Part shown: positions 1 to 15,500 of the stretch, piece by piece
How positions within the stretch are numbered: position 1 is the first letter of the stretch
Layout: every line of letters starts with the position of its first letter
Assembly (NCBI GenBank): GCA_964234715.1
Contig: OZ174278.1
DNA: 64,000 nucleotides
Source: Podarcis melisellensis
Taxonomy: Eukaryota
Reading direction: 5' to 3' (one strand)
Translations under genes and position numbers: made by a program
Notes under the pieces: generated by a model
Seen by the model: only the letters and a program-made list of their open reading frames with translations
The model's database searches: none
What the model was told of the DNA's origin: nothing

Positions 1-170
1 GCAGCCTGCCATAAAGCATTGCTTCAGTGGGTAGAGGGGACATGGTGGCCACCAGGAGGAGCTCCAGTGTTAGTGGTGGTTTGGGGGTATCCAATTCACA
101 TATTGCCCCTCAAAAATACCTGGAAACCACAACATTCATCATCTGCTAATGGGATGGCAAAATGTGGGGA

Positions 171-224
171 GGTTTGTAATTTTTTTTAGTAAATCTTGCT
201 GGTTTGTAATTTTTTTTAGTAAAT
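171..224. repeat. Tandem duplication, 30-bp period
   Basis: ggtttgtaattttttttagtaaat repeated at 171 and 201. Confidence 0.9.
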
Positions 225-279
225 ACTGGTTCTCCTTAATACTACTTTAAGCCTTTTGTACTATTTTTTCTCTCTCCAG

Positions 280-531
280 ACCATTTGGACAGTGCTATGA
301 GTTTCTAACACTGCATACAGTGAAGAAATACTTCCTTCCAATTATAGAAATGGTTCCACAGTTTTTAGAAAACTTAACTGATGATGAACTGAAAAAAGAA
401 GCCAAGAATGAAGCCAAAAATGATGCATTGTCAATGATAATCAAATCTCTAAAGAACTTAGCCTCAAGAGTTCCAGGGCAAGAGGAAACTGTAAAAAACC
501 TAGAAATATTTAGATTAAAAATGATACTTAG
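280..531 (+). CDS. USP9X: USP9X exon (human exon 8 equivalent), 252 nt
   Basis: ccag|A CCA TTT GGA...CTT AG|gtaagg; PFGQCYEF...RLKMILR. Confidence 0.95.
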
Positions 532-3500
532 GTAAGGCCTTTTATTTTATGACTACAGTGTTTTCTATGTTTAGTACCCGATTCTGCTTCTCTTATACAT
601 ACATTTCTCCACAGGTTGTTGCAAATTTCATCGTTTAATGGAAAAATGAATGCACTAAATGAAGTTAACAAGGTGATATCTAGTGTGTCATATTACACTC
701 ATCGGCATGGCAATCCTGAAGAGGAGGAATGGCTTACAGCAGAAAGAATGGCAGTAAGTTCTTTGAATTATATCATTGTATATGTTCAAAGCATTTGTCT
801 GCCTTTCTTTCCAGGAGATGTTTTCCTTAACTTTGATTTTGATTTTATTATTTTACCTTGTTTTGTTGTCTATGGACACAAAGTAGCTTATGAGATTAAA
901 AACAACAGGACATTAAAATGTAAGTAAGAAACAATCAAAATAAAAACATACACTATTTGATAAAACCAAACTCAAAACGACCCACTAAAAAGCTCAGTAT
1001 ATGGTAAAAATTCAAGAACCAAAGACTTTGTGTAACAAAACCATTTCCAGCAAGGTATATAAACCAAGGGTGGGGAACCTGTGACCCTTCAAATATAGTT
1101 GGACTTCAACTTTCCTCAGCCAGCATGGGAAATGGTCAAGGATTAAGGGAACAGCATCTGGAACACCACAAGTGTGAAAAAGTGAAGGATTCCACATCCT
1201 TGGGGCAACTACTGAAAAAGCCATGTCATAAATAGCTCAGTGGAGTTAAGACTTCTCTCAGCATACCCTGTGTACTTTCTACTCTATGCTCAAATTTAGT
1301 GGGGTTGATAGTGGAAGTTTTAATTTTAATACTGCAACATTATGAGTTTGGGGTAGGGAATTTGTGGCCTTCCAGATGTTCTTGGACTCCAACATCCCAT
1401 CAGCCTCCAGCCAGTATGACCAATGATCAGGAGTGGTTGAGAGTTGTAGTCCCACAACATCATGTTATAGCGGCTGGAGATGCTTAGGACGAGGTGCAGA
1501 AATGGAAGGGAAGCACTGGGAAAATGAGAAAATGAACAGATATTGTGAGTTGTACTATGGAAGTTGCTCTGTTTGCCTGTTGTTTAACTCAGATAGGTAA
1601 CCAGGTGTACTCTGTAACTCCCATCAACTGCAGCCAGCATGGCCAATGGCCAGGGGTTGATGGGAATTGTAGTTCAACATCTGGAGGGCCATAGGTTAGC
1701 CACCCCTGGTGTAACAAGCATCTCCCTTTTGACACTTCTGTGAAATGGCTTTTGATGCTTCTGCCAAATAGCTGGTTCTTGGCATTACTTTTGGTTTCTG
1801 CTTACATTCCTATATAGTATATTGCGCCTGAATAGTGTAAAATGTGGAATTGCCAGTATATAACATTGCTTATGAATAAGATAAACTCTGGTGGTCAGAG
1901 TTGGACTCCCTGTTCCATATTGTTACAAAAATAAGTTTGACTTTCATTTTTTGGGCGTGTTTATAATGTGCTGCTTGCTGTCATCTGAAATTTTCTTTAC
2001 CTTCTTAAATTTAGGAGTGGATTCAACAGAATAATATCTTATCGATTGTGTTAAGGGATAGTCTACATCAACCTCAGTATGTAGAAAAATTAGAGAAAAT
2101 TCTTCGTTTTGTCATCAAAGAAAAGGCCCTCACCTTGCAAGACCTTGACAACATTTGGGCTGCACAGGTAGGGACTAAACAACTGTCACCTTGAGTGAGA
2201 GCAGTTTATTTTGAACTACTTATCATGCATGAGTTGGAGTTGCTTATATTTCGTGATGCAGATGTTAAAGTATAATTCGTCCGTCTGTCTGCAAATACCA
2301 TAGTTTATTATATTATGTTCTTCTGTGGTGGACACAAACTTTTGGTTAGTTAATATATGCTGTGCTACCAAAAGAAGCTAAATGTGGCACAGGAAGCCTG
2401 ATGAATTATTGGTGTGCTCTTTTTTCTTGGGTCATCAAATTTAAGAAGTTAATCATTGTAGGTTTTGCCTTTTGATCAACCCCTGTTTCCATTCCCTATG
2501 GCATAAACACATATAACTGAAACAATTGCATATTATTTGATTTATCCTGCCTTTCCTTTCTCTGTTTTGTGTATGGTAAGCTCCTTGGAGCAGGAATTTA
2601 TCATCTTGTTGTTCTGTGAAGTGCCATTCACACTGAGAATGCCATATAAATATTATTATTACTAAGTTAAATGGGTCTAGTAGATTGAGCTGACATTGCG
2701 GTCATAGCGCTAATTGCCTGCTTTTTCAAACTTGGCTAGTTAAGTTCTATTAATGTTTTGGAACAGGAAGATTTAAGCCTAGTTTTGCTGTTTCTCTAAG
2801 TCAGTTGCAATTCTAAAGTGTAAATTAAAAAACCCAATTTTTATTAGCTTAAATGTTCAAAAGCAAATGTGCATTAGAAATATGAAGGAGTATCAACTAT
2901 TGGCTGTACCTTTCTTTGGGAAATGTAATGATGATCTGTAAACTGATCATCTAGCCTCTTTATATAGAGTATTGATTTTGTAAATAAAAAGCCAAAGGGG
3001 TTTTAAAGAATAGGAATTGAAAAAGTCAAGAGAGCAAGAGATAAGTGCAGTTTAAAGTCTGAGGTATTATATAAGCTATCTTTTCCAACCTGCCATAGAA
3101 AAATGAGAACAGGATGAGAACAGTGCTAGTTTTACAAGAATTGTTCTAAGGTCACTGTAAGTGCAGGTCAATTCCACTTTGTAGGATAACATGTGGGGAA
3201 ATGGCTGTAATAGAAATTCAAGTCTCAGAAAAATAAAGACAATCCTGTCTTTTGTAGAGATAGCAGTAAATGGTGTTAACTCTTTCTTATCAAGGCAGGA
3301 AAACATGAAGCCATTGTGAAGAATGTACATGACCTCCTTGCCAAACTGGCCTGGGATTTCTCTCCTGAACAACTTGACCACCTATTTGATTGTTTCAAGG
3401 TAAGCATACATATTAATCTGCTGTTATTAATTGGAACAAGGGACAGCCTCAGGGTCAACAGTGGGAGTTCCTGGTAATGAAGGAACTTTACTTTTCCTTT

Positions 3501-6500
3501 AGTGCTTTACTATCACTGAACTTGGGGATAGGCTAAGCTCTTCCAGAGTCCTGAGTTTTTTGTACTTCAGCAAATTGGAAGGAGCAAATGTTATGTTTCA
3601 TCATGTGGAAAAGCAGCCTCTCAGTGCTTAGTGTGCATGTTTTAGTGGTGGAAGATGAATTTTCAAAGGATGAAGGGGGTCAAGAAACCGTATTTTCTGT
3701 CCAGTCCTCTGGGATGTTTTGGCTTATAGTAAAATTGAGGGATGGTGGGAGAATGCAACAAAGGAAGTCTTTGTTTGAGCAGCAGTTTTGCCATCAACCA
3801 CCAGGTGGTGCCGAAGTCCTATAACGACAGCAGATTTATGTGCACACAGATATCCCCTTCACACTCATGACTAATGCTTCTTTTTCACCCTCTCATAATA
3901 GTAGAATCCAGGGCCATCCAGCGAAGCTAATGTTGGAAGATTCTAGATGGGCAAAATGAAGTATTATTTCACTTAAGGCATAAAAAACAGTATTCACTCC
4001 TAGAAGGTGTAGAGATGACCACCAATTTGGATGATTTTAAAAGAGGAGTAGGCAAATTCATGGAGGATGAGGCCATCAACAGCTGCTAGCCATGGAGGCT
4101 ATGTATGGCATCCATTGTTGCAGACAATACGCTTTTGAATACCTGTTGCTGGTATTCACAAGTGCAGATTGTGCTCATCTACTGTGTGTGAACTTCCCAT
4201 AGTCTGTTTGGCCACTTAGAAGTTGATTCTGGTGTTGATGGGACTTTGTCCTGATTCAGTAGGGCAATTCTTAACAATCTTGGGTAACAAAGGAAATTTT
4301 GCTTGGCTTCTGCTCTTCTGCTGAAGCAGGAACATGGATTTATTTTGAATGGGAGAAGAAGAGGCCTTTCTGTCTGACTTCCTATTATTTCCTATTACTG
4401 TGAAATGCAGTCACTGAACAATTAATATTATTACTGATTACAAATCCATTCAAGTGAAGTATTTGAAAATGATCTAAAAATAGCTTAGTTCTTCCATTTT
4501 TTGGTAAGCTACTCAGTACTGACATCCTAATTGGTGTTACTGGAAAGAACAGTAGAATTACTATCATATCTTAATTTGCATTATGACAATATAACTTAAT
4601 TTTAACACTTTTAGTATTTCAATTCACATACCTTTGATTTTCAGGCCACATTAAAATATTCTGATGGTGTCCCTTTATTTTCTAGGCAAGTTGGACAAAT
4701 GCAAGCAAAAAGCAGCGTGAAAAGCTACTTGAGTTAATTCGTCGTCTTGCAGAAGATGATAAAGATGGTGTGATGGCGCACAAAGTACTGAACCTTCTAT
4801 GGAATTTAGCACATAGTGATGATGTTCCAGTTGATATCATGGACCAGGCTCTCAGTGCCCACATTAAAATCTTAGATTACAGTTGTTCTCAGGTAAATAT
4901 ATGCTGTTTGGTAGTCATTGTCTTTGGGTTGGCTGACATTATGCTTGTGTGTTCCTACCTTTCTCTCTCCTTAACAGCAACTAGTTTGCTGTTAAATATG
5001 AAATGGTGACGTTGCTGTTGAATTCTTTCAGACTAGGATTGCATCTCTGGTTTAGAGGGGTTATGAAAATCATAGTTTGGCAGTTCAGATGTAACAAGAA
5101 ATTGTTTTTGGTGATGGAACTTAATTGAAATTAGAGCATGTGATGAAGGGAACTTGTGAACACAAGTATAATTCATGTATGTCCAATAATCTATAGTCCC
5201 ATTGGTACTAACACTGGGATTTGATACTATAGTGGCATTAAGGCTGTTGTATTATTTTCACAAAAATAAAGGAAGAGGGTAGATATCAAAAAGCTCGTTT
5301 CAGATGCTACTCCTAACCATAGCTTAGAGCACGGGTGTCAAACACAAGGCCCGCGGGCCGAATCCGGCCTGCCAGACCTTGTCATGTGGCCCGTGTAGCC
5401 GCCGGCGGCCGCCAGCCTTCACCTTTTATTCTCGCTTTTTTTTTTTTGACACAAGAAAGCCGCCTCTTCAGCACATGCGCGGCAGCCTACAAGCCAGAGA
5501 ACGTCTGCCCTCTAGTGGCACCGGCTGTTCTACACAGGAAACCTCCACTTTACAGATACAACCAGCCCTTTGAGGGTGACCAAACTGCTGATGCGGCCCC
5601 CGATGAATTTGAGTTTGACACCCCTGGCTTAGAGGATTATGAGCAAGCTGTGGGCTGGCATATGTTCTCCCTCCCTTTCAGCTTCACTTTGTCTTCCTCC
5701 CTTTTGATTAGTGTTAACGAGAGCTTGCCATGGTGTCCATATTATTTATGTATTGAATTTGTACCCAGCCCTACTCTCAAAAGGATACCAGGGCAGCAGA
5801 CACCAAAGGGATAAAAACAAATGATATTAGATGTTGCAGGGGAGGGTTGGTCAATTTCCTGTTGTGCTGTGTATGTGATGAAGGAGACCCATATTGGGCT
5901 GAAGGTGCCCTCCTTTGCTTCTACCTGTGCTATTTTGAGTTTGTTGGTTAACTTCTCTAGTAGGCTGTTTTCTAACCTAATGATTCAGTTCCAAAGTATT
6001 TAAAACAGGGAGCCAGAAATGGATAAACCACTTTAAAAATACTTAATTGTTGCAAGCTAAAATAAAAATATTTGTTTTTTAAGGATCGAGATACACAAAA
6101 AATACAATGGATAGATCGTTTTATAGAAGAGCTTCGCACAAATGATAAATGGGTCATTCCTGCATTGAAACAAATTAGGGAAATTTGTAGTTTGTTTGGT
6201 GAAGCACCACAAAACTTGAGGTGAGACTTTAATATAAACTTTTCATTTCTTTAATGTATTGGGCTAGAAAAGGGTACACAGTTCACATAATCCATTAGTA
6301 TTGCTGAAATATAATGGGAAATGTTAATACATAATGGATGCAATTCCATTTGAGATGGTTGCTGATGACCCAGATGGATGGGTTGGGTAACTTTTCTAAT
6401 CATGTGACGGAGGCAGGAGAGCAAAGAACTCTGGGAGGCAAGCTCAGTCTCCTCAATTTTCTCTCTCCTGTCTGACGATCAGATTATTTCCCCCTGGTTC

Positions 6501-9500
6501 TCACTGGTCATTCCTTTCAGTTAAATTGCCTTATGGCATTCGTAAAGCTGAAGCCTATAGAAGCCAGAAAATTGGGAGTAACTCACTCCATTGTCTGAAG
6601 ATGGAACTTGTTTCACACTGAATGCTGAAGACAAGAACTCATGTCTTTGCTGTTACCTTGGGGTGAGGGCACTGTTGCCCAATCACAATTATACCTAAAT
6701 ACTGGATTTTTTTCAGTGTTTTCTGTGGGAAGCTCTTGTCTTGGGGTAGGGGGAATAAAGACTTAAAGGGCGATCAAAAGCTTGGCAGTCTGCATGAGTA
6801 TGTCAATGCTGTGATTGAGAGAAGTTGAGATACAGAATTCTAATGCATTCATTGAAAATAAACGAGACAGAACTGGGGAGAACTAATTGGTCTGCTGAAG
6901 TCCCCGAACCCCTCTGATATCTAAGGGGATTAGGAGCTTTGGGAGGGAGTGTGCATAGTTTTGCAATATGGTAGCCATTTGGAATGGATTGTTTTAAACT
7001 CTCAGTAACAGGACTTGTAACACTTTGATGTGTGTTTAAACTGCAGTCAAACTCAGCGAAGCCCCCATGTGTTTTATCGCCATGACTTAATCAATCAACT
7101 TCAGCACAATCATGCTCTAGTAACTTTAGTTGCAGAAAATCTTTCAGCGTATATGGAAAGCATGAGACAGTATGCTAAAGGTGAGTTTAATTTAATTTTG
7201 TCTAGAACTACATTACGAGATATATTGCTATTTATTTCCTCCTCATATGCTGAAGGAAGCGGGGAAAGTCACTTTCCACCTAGATTCTACTTTAGGTATT
7301 TTTCCAGACCCAACTGTACATATTTAAGCAAATAATTCGTTGATGGAGGTGGGGAGGGGCAGAATAATTTTATTGGCAAAGCTGCCAGTTTTGTGTACAT
7401 TTGTGTGTTTTTACAATAGCTATAAAATGTGCTGTGATTGAAATTTATATCTCCCACATTTTGCTTAACTACTTCTGGAAAAGTTAATTTCAACATTTGC
7501 TGCAAATATGGTATCTAATATTGGGTACTTTCTGATAATTTTCCAAAGTAATTTTGTTGTTGGAATGTAAACTTTGCATATACCTTTCAAATAGAAAAGT
7601 CATCACTAATATTAAATACTCTTTTAATAGATAAGACTGGATAAGAAACTTAAAAATGTATGCAATCCTAAGAACTTTCTTGGACATAATGGGACGTCCT
7701 TTAGAGAAAAACTGAAAAGGTTTTGCTGTTGGATTAAAAAAAATGTATTATAATATTTTGTATTAAATTTTCAGAGCATGGAGAATACGATCCACAAACT
7801 GTAAGACCTGGGAGTAGATATAGTCATGTGCAAGAAGTCCAAGAACGTCTGAACTTCCTACGGTTGGTTTTAGTGATACTTGCTTTACATTGGGTGTAAA
7901 AGTAGCAATCTATGCTGTTCAAAAAAGCAAAAAAATGAATGCCCCTTTTTGCTGTTGAGAACAGCTGATCTACAAAATGATATTTGTCTTGTGGCTGAAT
8001 CTATTTCTAGACAAGGTCGCAGTAAGGCACATGGCTAGAAACAAGTTTCCCTTGCATGCTCTTTAGTTCCAGGTCTTACCAGCTAGAATGCACAATCCCT
8101 TTATTTGTCTCATTCCCATGTCACAGATGAAGACTCACTGGCTGCTTTCATTTATCCACATACCATCTCTCTATTGCTCCTAGCGCAAGCACTGATGGTC
8201 TTTATTCTAACTAGTTGAGCTACTGCTTAATTGCTCTGCTGCCCCCAGAAGAATAGGGACAGAGAGTGTACTGGTACACTTTTTAGTCTGATACAGCTGA
8301 TGCAGACATATCCCTTGTTTTATCAAAACATGTTTGAAGGAGGAGGTTTTCTGATGGTAGGACAGCGATGATATGTGATAACACTAGAAACCTTTCCGTA
8401 TACAAGGGATTAGAAAGAGGCATGCAGTACTTCGGTCAAGGAAAGAGATGACTCATGTGCAAGTTCTAATGTTCTGTGGTTTGAAAATATAGAGAATGAA
8501 TATTTCTAGCCAAGTGGCCATTCCACAGACAAGGTTCCTCACTTAAGTTTACTCTGACATCCCTATACTTACTGCTTACACACACACACACCTCAACCAC
8601 TTGGCTAAAAGAATAAAGCCTTGAATATTAGGTGAGATAAGCCCAGAATAATCTACTAAGATCAAAGCACACGTATTCTTAACTATGATGGTGGGTGTTT
8701 TATTTAACACTTCTGAAGAAGATACAGTTGTAATCAAAAGCATAACAAAGTATTTCCCCCCTAAATATTTGCAGTAGATAACACCATGAGAGGAATGGTA
8801 AACGTTCTGATTATGGCTGATACTACTCATTTTCCTTCTAGATGTGAAACGTATCAGTTGGGATTCATGGGGGGAAGATACCTTTATTTATCCATGTGTG
8901 ACCACTGGATAGAAGAATTGTTCTTTGGACACAGTAGTTAGGCTCTGTGTGAAATTCGCACAATTTTCTCTATGCAATTTGTACACAATTTTCTCTTCTC
9001 CTCTGTTCTGCTTTGGAGCATTTTTCTGCTTATAGTACTGAGACAGATGCATCTATGGGAAATCAATAGCTGGGATTTTTTTGTAGGACTGAAGGATGTT
9101 CAATGAAATTGAACCTGCCAACTAGTCCAAAAAAGTACATAATACCTATTTATCTAGGCTGCTTGGCATGATACAAAGGCAATCTGTTTGCTTAACTCAA
9201 ATTTTCTTTTATAGTTGGGATTCTAACATCTTTTACCTGCTTAAACATGTCAGTATGTGACTGACATTTGTGTACAGAGTAGTTGTGTGAAATGTCAAGT
9301 TTATAATATGCATATTATTTAATCTGGATACCGTATTTTTCGCTCCATAGGGCACACTGGACCATAGGGCGCACCTAGGTTTTTTTTGGGGGGGGGGCGG
9401 AATAAAGAAAATTCCCGCATCACTCCAAAGGCTTGCGGATAGCTTCCTGAAGCCTGCATTCGCTCCATAGGACGCACACACATTTCCCCTTCATTTTTGG

Positions 9501-12500
9501 AGGGGGAAAAGTGCGTCCTATAGAGCGAAAAATACGGTAGATTGATCTCTTTTCTGTGATTGAGGAATATTCCAGAATATATGAATACATTGGAGAACAG
9601 TTGAAAACAGCATCAACTACCGAGTTTCAATTGTTAATTCATAGAATTAGAACGACATTTCTAATTTTAATGACTTTTTGTTTCTCTCTGTTTCATGCTA
9701 GATTTTTACTGAAGGATGGTCAACTATGGCTCTGTGCTCCTCAGGCAAAACAAATATGGAAGTGTTTAGCTGAAAATGCAGTCTACCTGTGTGATCGTGA
9801 GGCCTGTTTTAAATGGTATTCTAAACTCATGGGAGATGAACCGGATTTAGACCCTGACATAAATAAAGACTTCTTTGAAAACAATGTTCTTCAGTTGGAC
9901 CCTTCACTCTTAACAGAAAATGGAATGAAATGTTTTGAACGTTTCTTCAAAGCTGTGAACTGTCGAGAAGGGAAGCTAGTTGCAAAGAGACGAGCCTATA
10001 TGATGGATGACTTGGAGTTAATAGGATTAGATTACCTTTGGAGGGTAAGTGTAAAAGTACATCTAACTTATTCAAGTTGTAGTTTATAGTAATTTGACAA
10101 AAAAGTTGGTTTGTATGGTTAGGCCAATAAAATAAAAGTTCTGCAACTGTTATTACATGTGAGTTCTACTCTGTACTCCAGCTGCACATTGCCTATTTTG
10201 ATACGCTGTGATTTGTACAAAGTGCAAAATCAGCACATGGCTTGGTGAAAAACTCATTTGATGTTGAATATGAGGTTGCCACAGATATTTATTCTTTCTA
10301 GTGCTGCTGCAGAAGTCTGCTATGTCCATGCAGCTACACAATGCTTCCTGAAGTCATTATATATGTGGAGTATCAGGTTGCAACTGTGGCTTTGGCAGTT
10401 CGTTGCTGTCACACTGTAAAAGGAGCGCTCTCTCTGTAGGAATGGCAATCAGTGTCAGGAAAGCTGCCAATTATGTAGTTTGCTCTCATTTTCTTCCTCT
10501 GTTCAATTAGTTCAGCTGTCTCACTACCCAAACTGTCAGAACTAGTCTTGGGTGTAGGGTTGGAAAATTCCCAGACTTGGTGATTTCAAAATCCATGCTG
10601 ATTTGGGACATTATGGCTGCCATGGCAACCAAGGGGCTGCCTCAGTACAGAATTGACCTGACAAATAACAGGACATAGCTTTGATCTTTTATTTACAAAA
10701 GGATGACCGGTAGATGGATTGGTGTTGTAGGGCGGGGTAGGGGGTATGTTTGCATTACCCTGTTATGGAGCAACCATTTGACTTTAGCCTGCAGGAGTGG
10801 AGTACTTAATCAGCAGGTTTGCCCCTGGACTTGGGGGATTTTCCATTTGGTATTATCTAGTGCTCCTGCCAAGTCCCTGGTCTCACAATGGAAAGTGTCA
10901 TTGACACAAACACTTCTATGTGTCCTTTGGTGCTATGGATCCCAATGGTGCCCTGGTTTTCAAGGGAACTCCAGGGAATATAGCGAGTTTTATAAATGAA
11001 AAATGACTGAGCACAGGTGAAAGCACATAATAGTACCTACTGTATGCTGGTGATGGAAGCTAAGAAAGCTTGCTTCTGTGCCACTATTGCATCCTCAAGT
11101 AGCCATCCTGAGGGGTGAATGGGCTGTTGAAATCTAGTCCTAAGGTACAGTTCTTGGAGATGTGCTTTGACAATGCTGCAAGGCACTTGCAGGGTATGGT
11201 TGCTCATATTTGTGCAGAACTTGGTATCACTGTTAATATAGTTCCAGAGGAGGTGTCCAGAAAACATTGATGATACCCAGCTCAATTTCTTTGTAACATC
11301 CAGCTCAATTTCTCTGTAAAATTGGAATTGGAAGAAGCCTTACAAGCCCTGGACTGGTGCCTGCACTTGGTGGTGCGTTTATGGCTCTGAATCCTGGCGA
11401 TACAGAGGTGCTGTGAATGAGCAATTTCCTAGCCTGGATAATTGGTCAATTGCCTGCTTTGGATGGCTTGTATCCTCCTGAAGGAGCAGGTTCTTAATGT
11501 GGGGATGCTGCTGGACCCATCTCTGTCACTAGAAGCCTAGGTGACCTTGGGAGCTAGGAGTGCAGTACACCAGCTGCAGTTGGAAAGATAGCCCAACCAT
11601 TGCAGCCCAACCACTGTCATCCATATGTTGGTAACCTCCAGATTGGATTACTGCAATGCATTGTATTTGGGGCTGCCCTTGAGACTGACCCAGTAACAGC
11701 AGCTATGCGGCAGCTGGACTGCTCAATGTGGCGGAATATCATTATATGACACCACTGCTGAAAGAATTGCACAGGCTGCCAGTAAGCTACCAGTCTAGGT
11801 TCCAGGTGCTGGTATTGGTGTGCAAATCTCATATCCACTATGGACCAGGGTATCTAAAAGATCACCTCATCTCCTACATACCCATTCTGCAGGAGAGAGC
11901 ATCCTGCCAGGAGGTCTGTTCCACACAATGTATAAATTGGGCCACCTACACTTTGGAAACCTTCACATTGCATATCAGACAGGCACATTCTCCATTATCA
12001 TTTCAGCACCTTCCAAATACATTCCTTTTTTTCTACAAACCTTCTAAAATCTTTATCCCAGTTGGTATTTATTTTGTATTTGAATTGATTTTATGTAGGT
12101 GCTACTGTTTTAAGTTTGTTATTTATAGTTGTCATTTAAATTTGTTTGTATATATACAGTTGTTTTGTTTTTATATATGTTCTGTTGTAAATCACAATTG
12201 CTGGTCAAGTAAACCTCTAAATGTTCAGAGCTGGCACTGCTCAATCTTTTAATGGGAGGCAACACTAATTTACAGTTAAAACCCCCGATAAGTTATTTTT
12301 TACTATTGGCCAGGCTTGTAATGAGATACTGGAAGAACTTGGAGGGCATTTCTTTGACAGACTAGTACAATAATGTAAGGCAAATAGCATTTGGGGAAAA
12401 ATAGACTAATAAAATAAAATTGGCACAAGGTTTGAACCATAAAATTATTTTGCAACTGATTGGTACAGCTTTGTTATATATGTGGCTAAAACTGAAAACA

Positions 12501-15500
12501 TTAGACTCCACATTATAAAACTTTTTGATTGTATTTGATAAATTGTATATTGCTTTCTATATAAATGGTTGTCTGGGATAGGGCTTATTACGTTCTTTGG
12601 ATGTTATTTCTGATGTATTGCTTTAACTTCATCTCATGGGCTAGGGTGGGAAAATTTATTTTATGTGTGTATGATGTTGTCATAAGTTAGACGAATCTAA
12701 TGACTTTTAAAAAAATTGTAAATCACTTTGGGATGCCTTATGGAAAATAGTTCATAAATGAAATAATATTACTGTGTGTTGTATCAAAGCCAAGAATGGG
12801 TCATAAGACCATTTACAGTAGATTTTATATACATATTTTTGTCAAGATTGCACTTAGAGATTTTATTCTCATAGGCCATAATGCTTAAGTTAAAGTGGTA
12901 TATGCTTTATATTTCTGCCTTAGGTTGTAATTCAAGGAAGTGATGACATTGCCAGTCGAGCAATAGATCTACTAAAGGAAATCTATACCAATCTTGGTCC
13001 GAGATTGCAAGTAAATCAGGTAAAATTACGAAAAAAACTTGTTTTTAAAAAATAGGTAGCATTTACCATTTTCATTGATCAAAGTCTCCTTCCTTAGTAT
13101 GCTTTGCTTGAGGATATTTTACAAAAGTAAATCTTTGAGAACATACATTTCTTCTTTAGCTGGCTCTTCATTCAAATAAGAATTCATACTAACTAATGGC
13201 TTTTAAATTGTTAATTGCCATGTATTTTCATCATTCCAAAAATGAAGCCTGTTAAAAATACTAGTGTTGCTGGAATCTTCTGCTCAGGAGTGTCATCCAC
13301 GCAAATTACAGATGTAGGATTAGTTTGTCTCTCTTGTGACCTTTTATATTGTTTTGTTGAGATATAGCTATCTCTTCGCATTTCTGTAGGTAGTAATCCA
13401 TGAAGACTTCATTCAGTCCTGCTTTGATCGTTTGAAAGCATCCTATGATACTTTGTGTGTTTTGGATGGCGATAAAGACAGTATTAATTGTGCAAGGCAA
13501 GAAGCGATAAGAATGGTGCGAGTGTTGACCGTTTTAAGAGAATATATAAATGAATGTGACAGTGATTACCACGAAGAGCGAACAATTCTACCAATGTCAA
13601 GGTTTGTGGAAATTTCAAAACTCTGGTGAATTAGGATGCAATATTAAGTAATTTTCCAAGTAATTGTGGTGTTAGGATTCTGCTATGCATCTCATATTGT
13701 GTAAAATCTTTTAAATAACATAGCCTGTGTAATATATTAGTACAGTATATTTGTAGAATCATAAATCTTATATTTCTGATTTCTTTGCCACATACATAAA
13801 GGCAAAAGATAATCCATTCATTATATGCTGTAGATAAAGTTTTCAGATTTATTCCCCTTTAGTCTAGCAAACAAGTAGAAGAATTATTAAAAAGTAAGCA
13901 AAATTTTCTGAATTCCAGTTTTATTGGAGTGTTGTAATCTTTTGAAAATAAAATAAAACTTAACAAGTAAAGTCAACTATGTCAGCAAAATACCGCTATT
14001 GGAACAATTACTAGGTATTGTTCTAATGTGACATTTTGGCTGGCCTATTAAAGGCATTGCCCCAATATAAATTTAGTTCTGTAATTCTCCCTGGCAGTAG
14101 TAAACGCTTTTAAAGACTTTTGATTGTTTAAAGTGGTATTATCTTTATCTTTGTTCTCAGAGCTTTTCGTGGTAAACACATCTCTCTGGTAGTTCGTTTT
14201 CCAAATCAAGGCCGGCAAGTGGAAGACTTGGATGTTTGGTCCCATACAAATGACACGATTGGTTCAGTTAGACGTTGCATTCTCAATCGTATTAAAGCCA
14301 ACAGTGCACATACAAAAGTAGAATTATTTATTGGAGGCGAGCTAGTAGATCCAGCAGATGATAGAAAATTAATTGGACAATTAAATCTCAAAGATAAAAC
14401 AGTAAGTACTGTAAATATCATATATTGATCTTACTTATTTTTAAATGTTCTCTTTTGAAAGGTAGATGAATGCATAAATATAATTTGAAATAATGGCATG
14501 CTTTGTGAGTAGCTATAGTATTAACAGTTTAATATATTCAGTCAAGTTTGCTATTAGAAAGATAACCGTTTCAACAATTTTGTACAATCTCTCCATTTTA
14601 TCACTTTCTATTACTCCCCACCCCCCAGCTAATTACAGCCAAGCTTACACAGATAAGTTCCAATATGCCTTCAAGCCCTGATAGCTCATCTGATTCCTCG
14701 ACTGGTTCTCCAGGCAACCATGGCAATCACTATAGTGATGGTCCAAACCCAGAAGTTGAAAGTTGCTTGCCTGGAGTTGTAAGTAAAGAACAGACACACA
14801 CTCAAAATTATAGACTGAATTTTATTATCTGATATTGGGAGCTGGTATCTCATGACAGGTTTTTACTTTTATTTTAGATCATGTCACTGCATCCTAGATA
14901 TATCTCGTTTCTTTGGCAAGTTGCAGACCTAGGCTGTAGCCTAAATATGCCACCTCTTAGAGATGGTGCACGGATCCTTATGAAATTGATGCCACCAGGT
15001 AAAATTTATTTTCAGTGTATTTTCTATTTATAGAAAGTGAAATGTAGAGCATCTTAGAAGCTACCTGTACAAAACAATCAAACTGCATGTTTAACTATCC
15101 AAGTTCAAAATCAGTGTGGGGATTCATCTGTGTGAGTGTTTAAAAGCAGTGCACACACACTGTTGTCCTTTCTACTCCAGAAAGTTCAAAAGCAAGTATC
15201 AAGCTGCTTTTCCTCAAACTGTTTTTGGGGTTCTTTGAAGACACATGCTGAAAGAGGTGGTCATGGAAAATTTCTGGTGCATGCTATTTCTCCAGTTTGC
15301 AGCATTTGTCTTGGGACTGAAGCAAAATGTGATTTTCAAAGAAAAAAAGACAAACATTCTCCATGTTCTTCAGTGCTATCTCTTCCTTTGCAGTTTCAAT
15401 ATATTACACTTTCCAAAATGCTTCAGAAATCTATATTGTATTCTCTGTGAGAAGAAACATCTTTAAATTGTGCTTTTATTCCAGATAACACTACTGTAGA

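Noticed and set aside
5335-5814. 159-aa ORF
   Set aside because: Starts inside the hAT MITE 5330-5626 within a USP9X intron and has no recognisable protein motif
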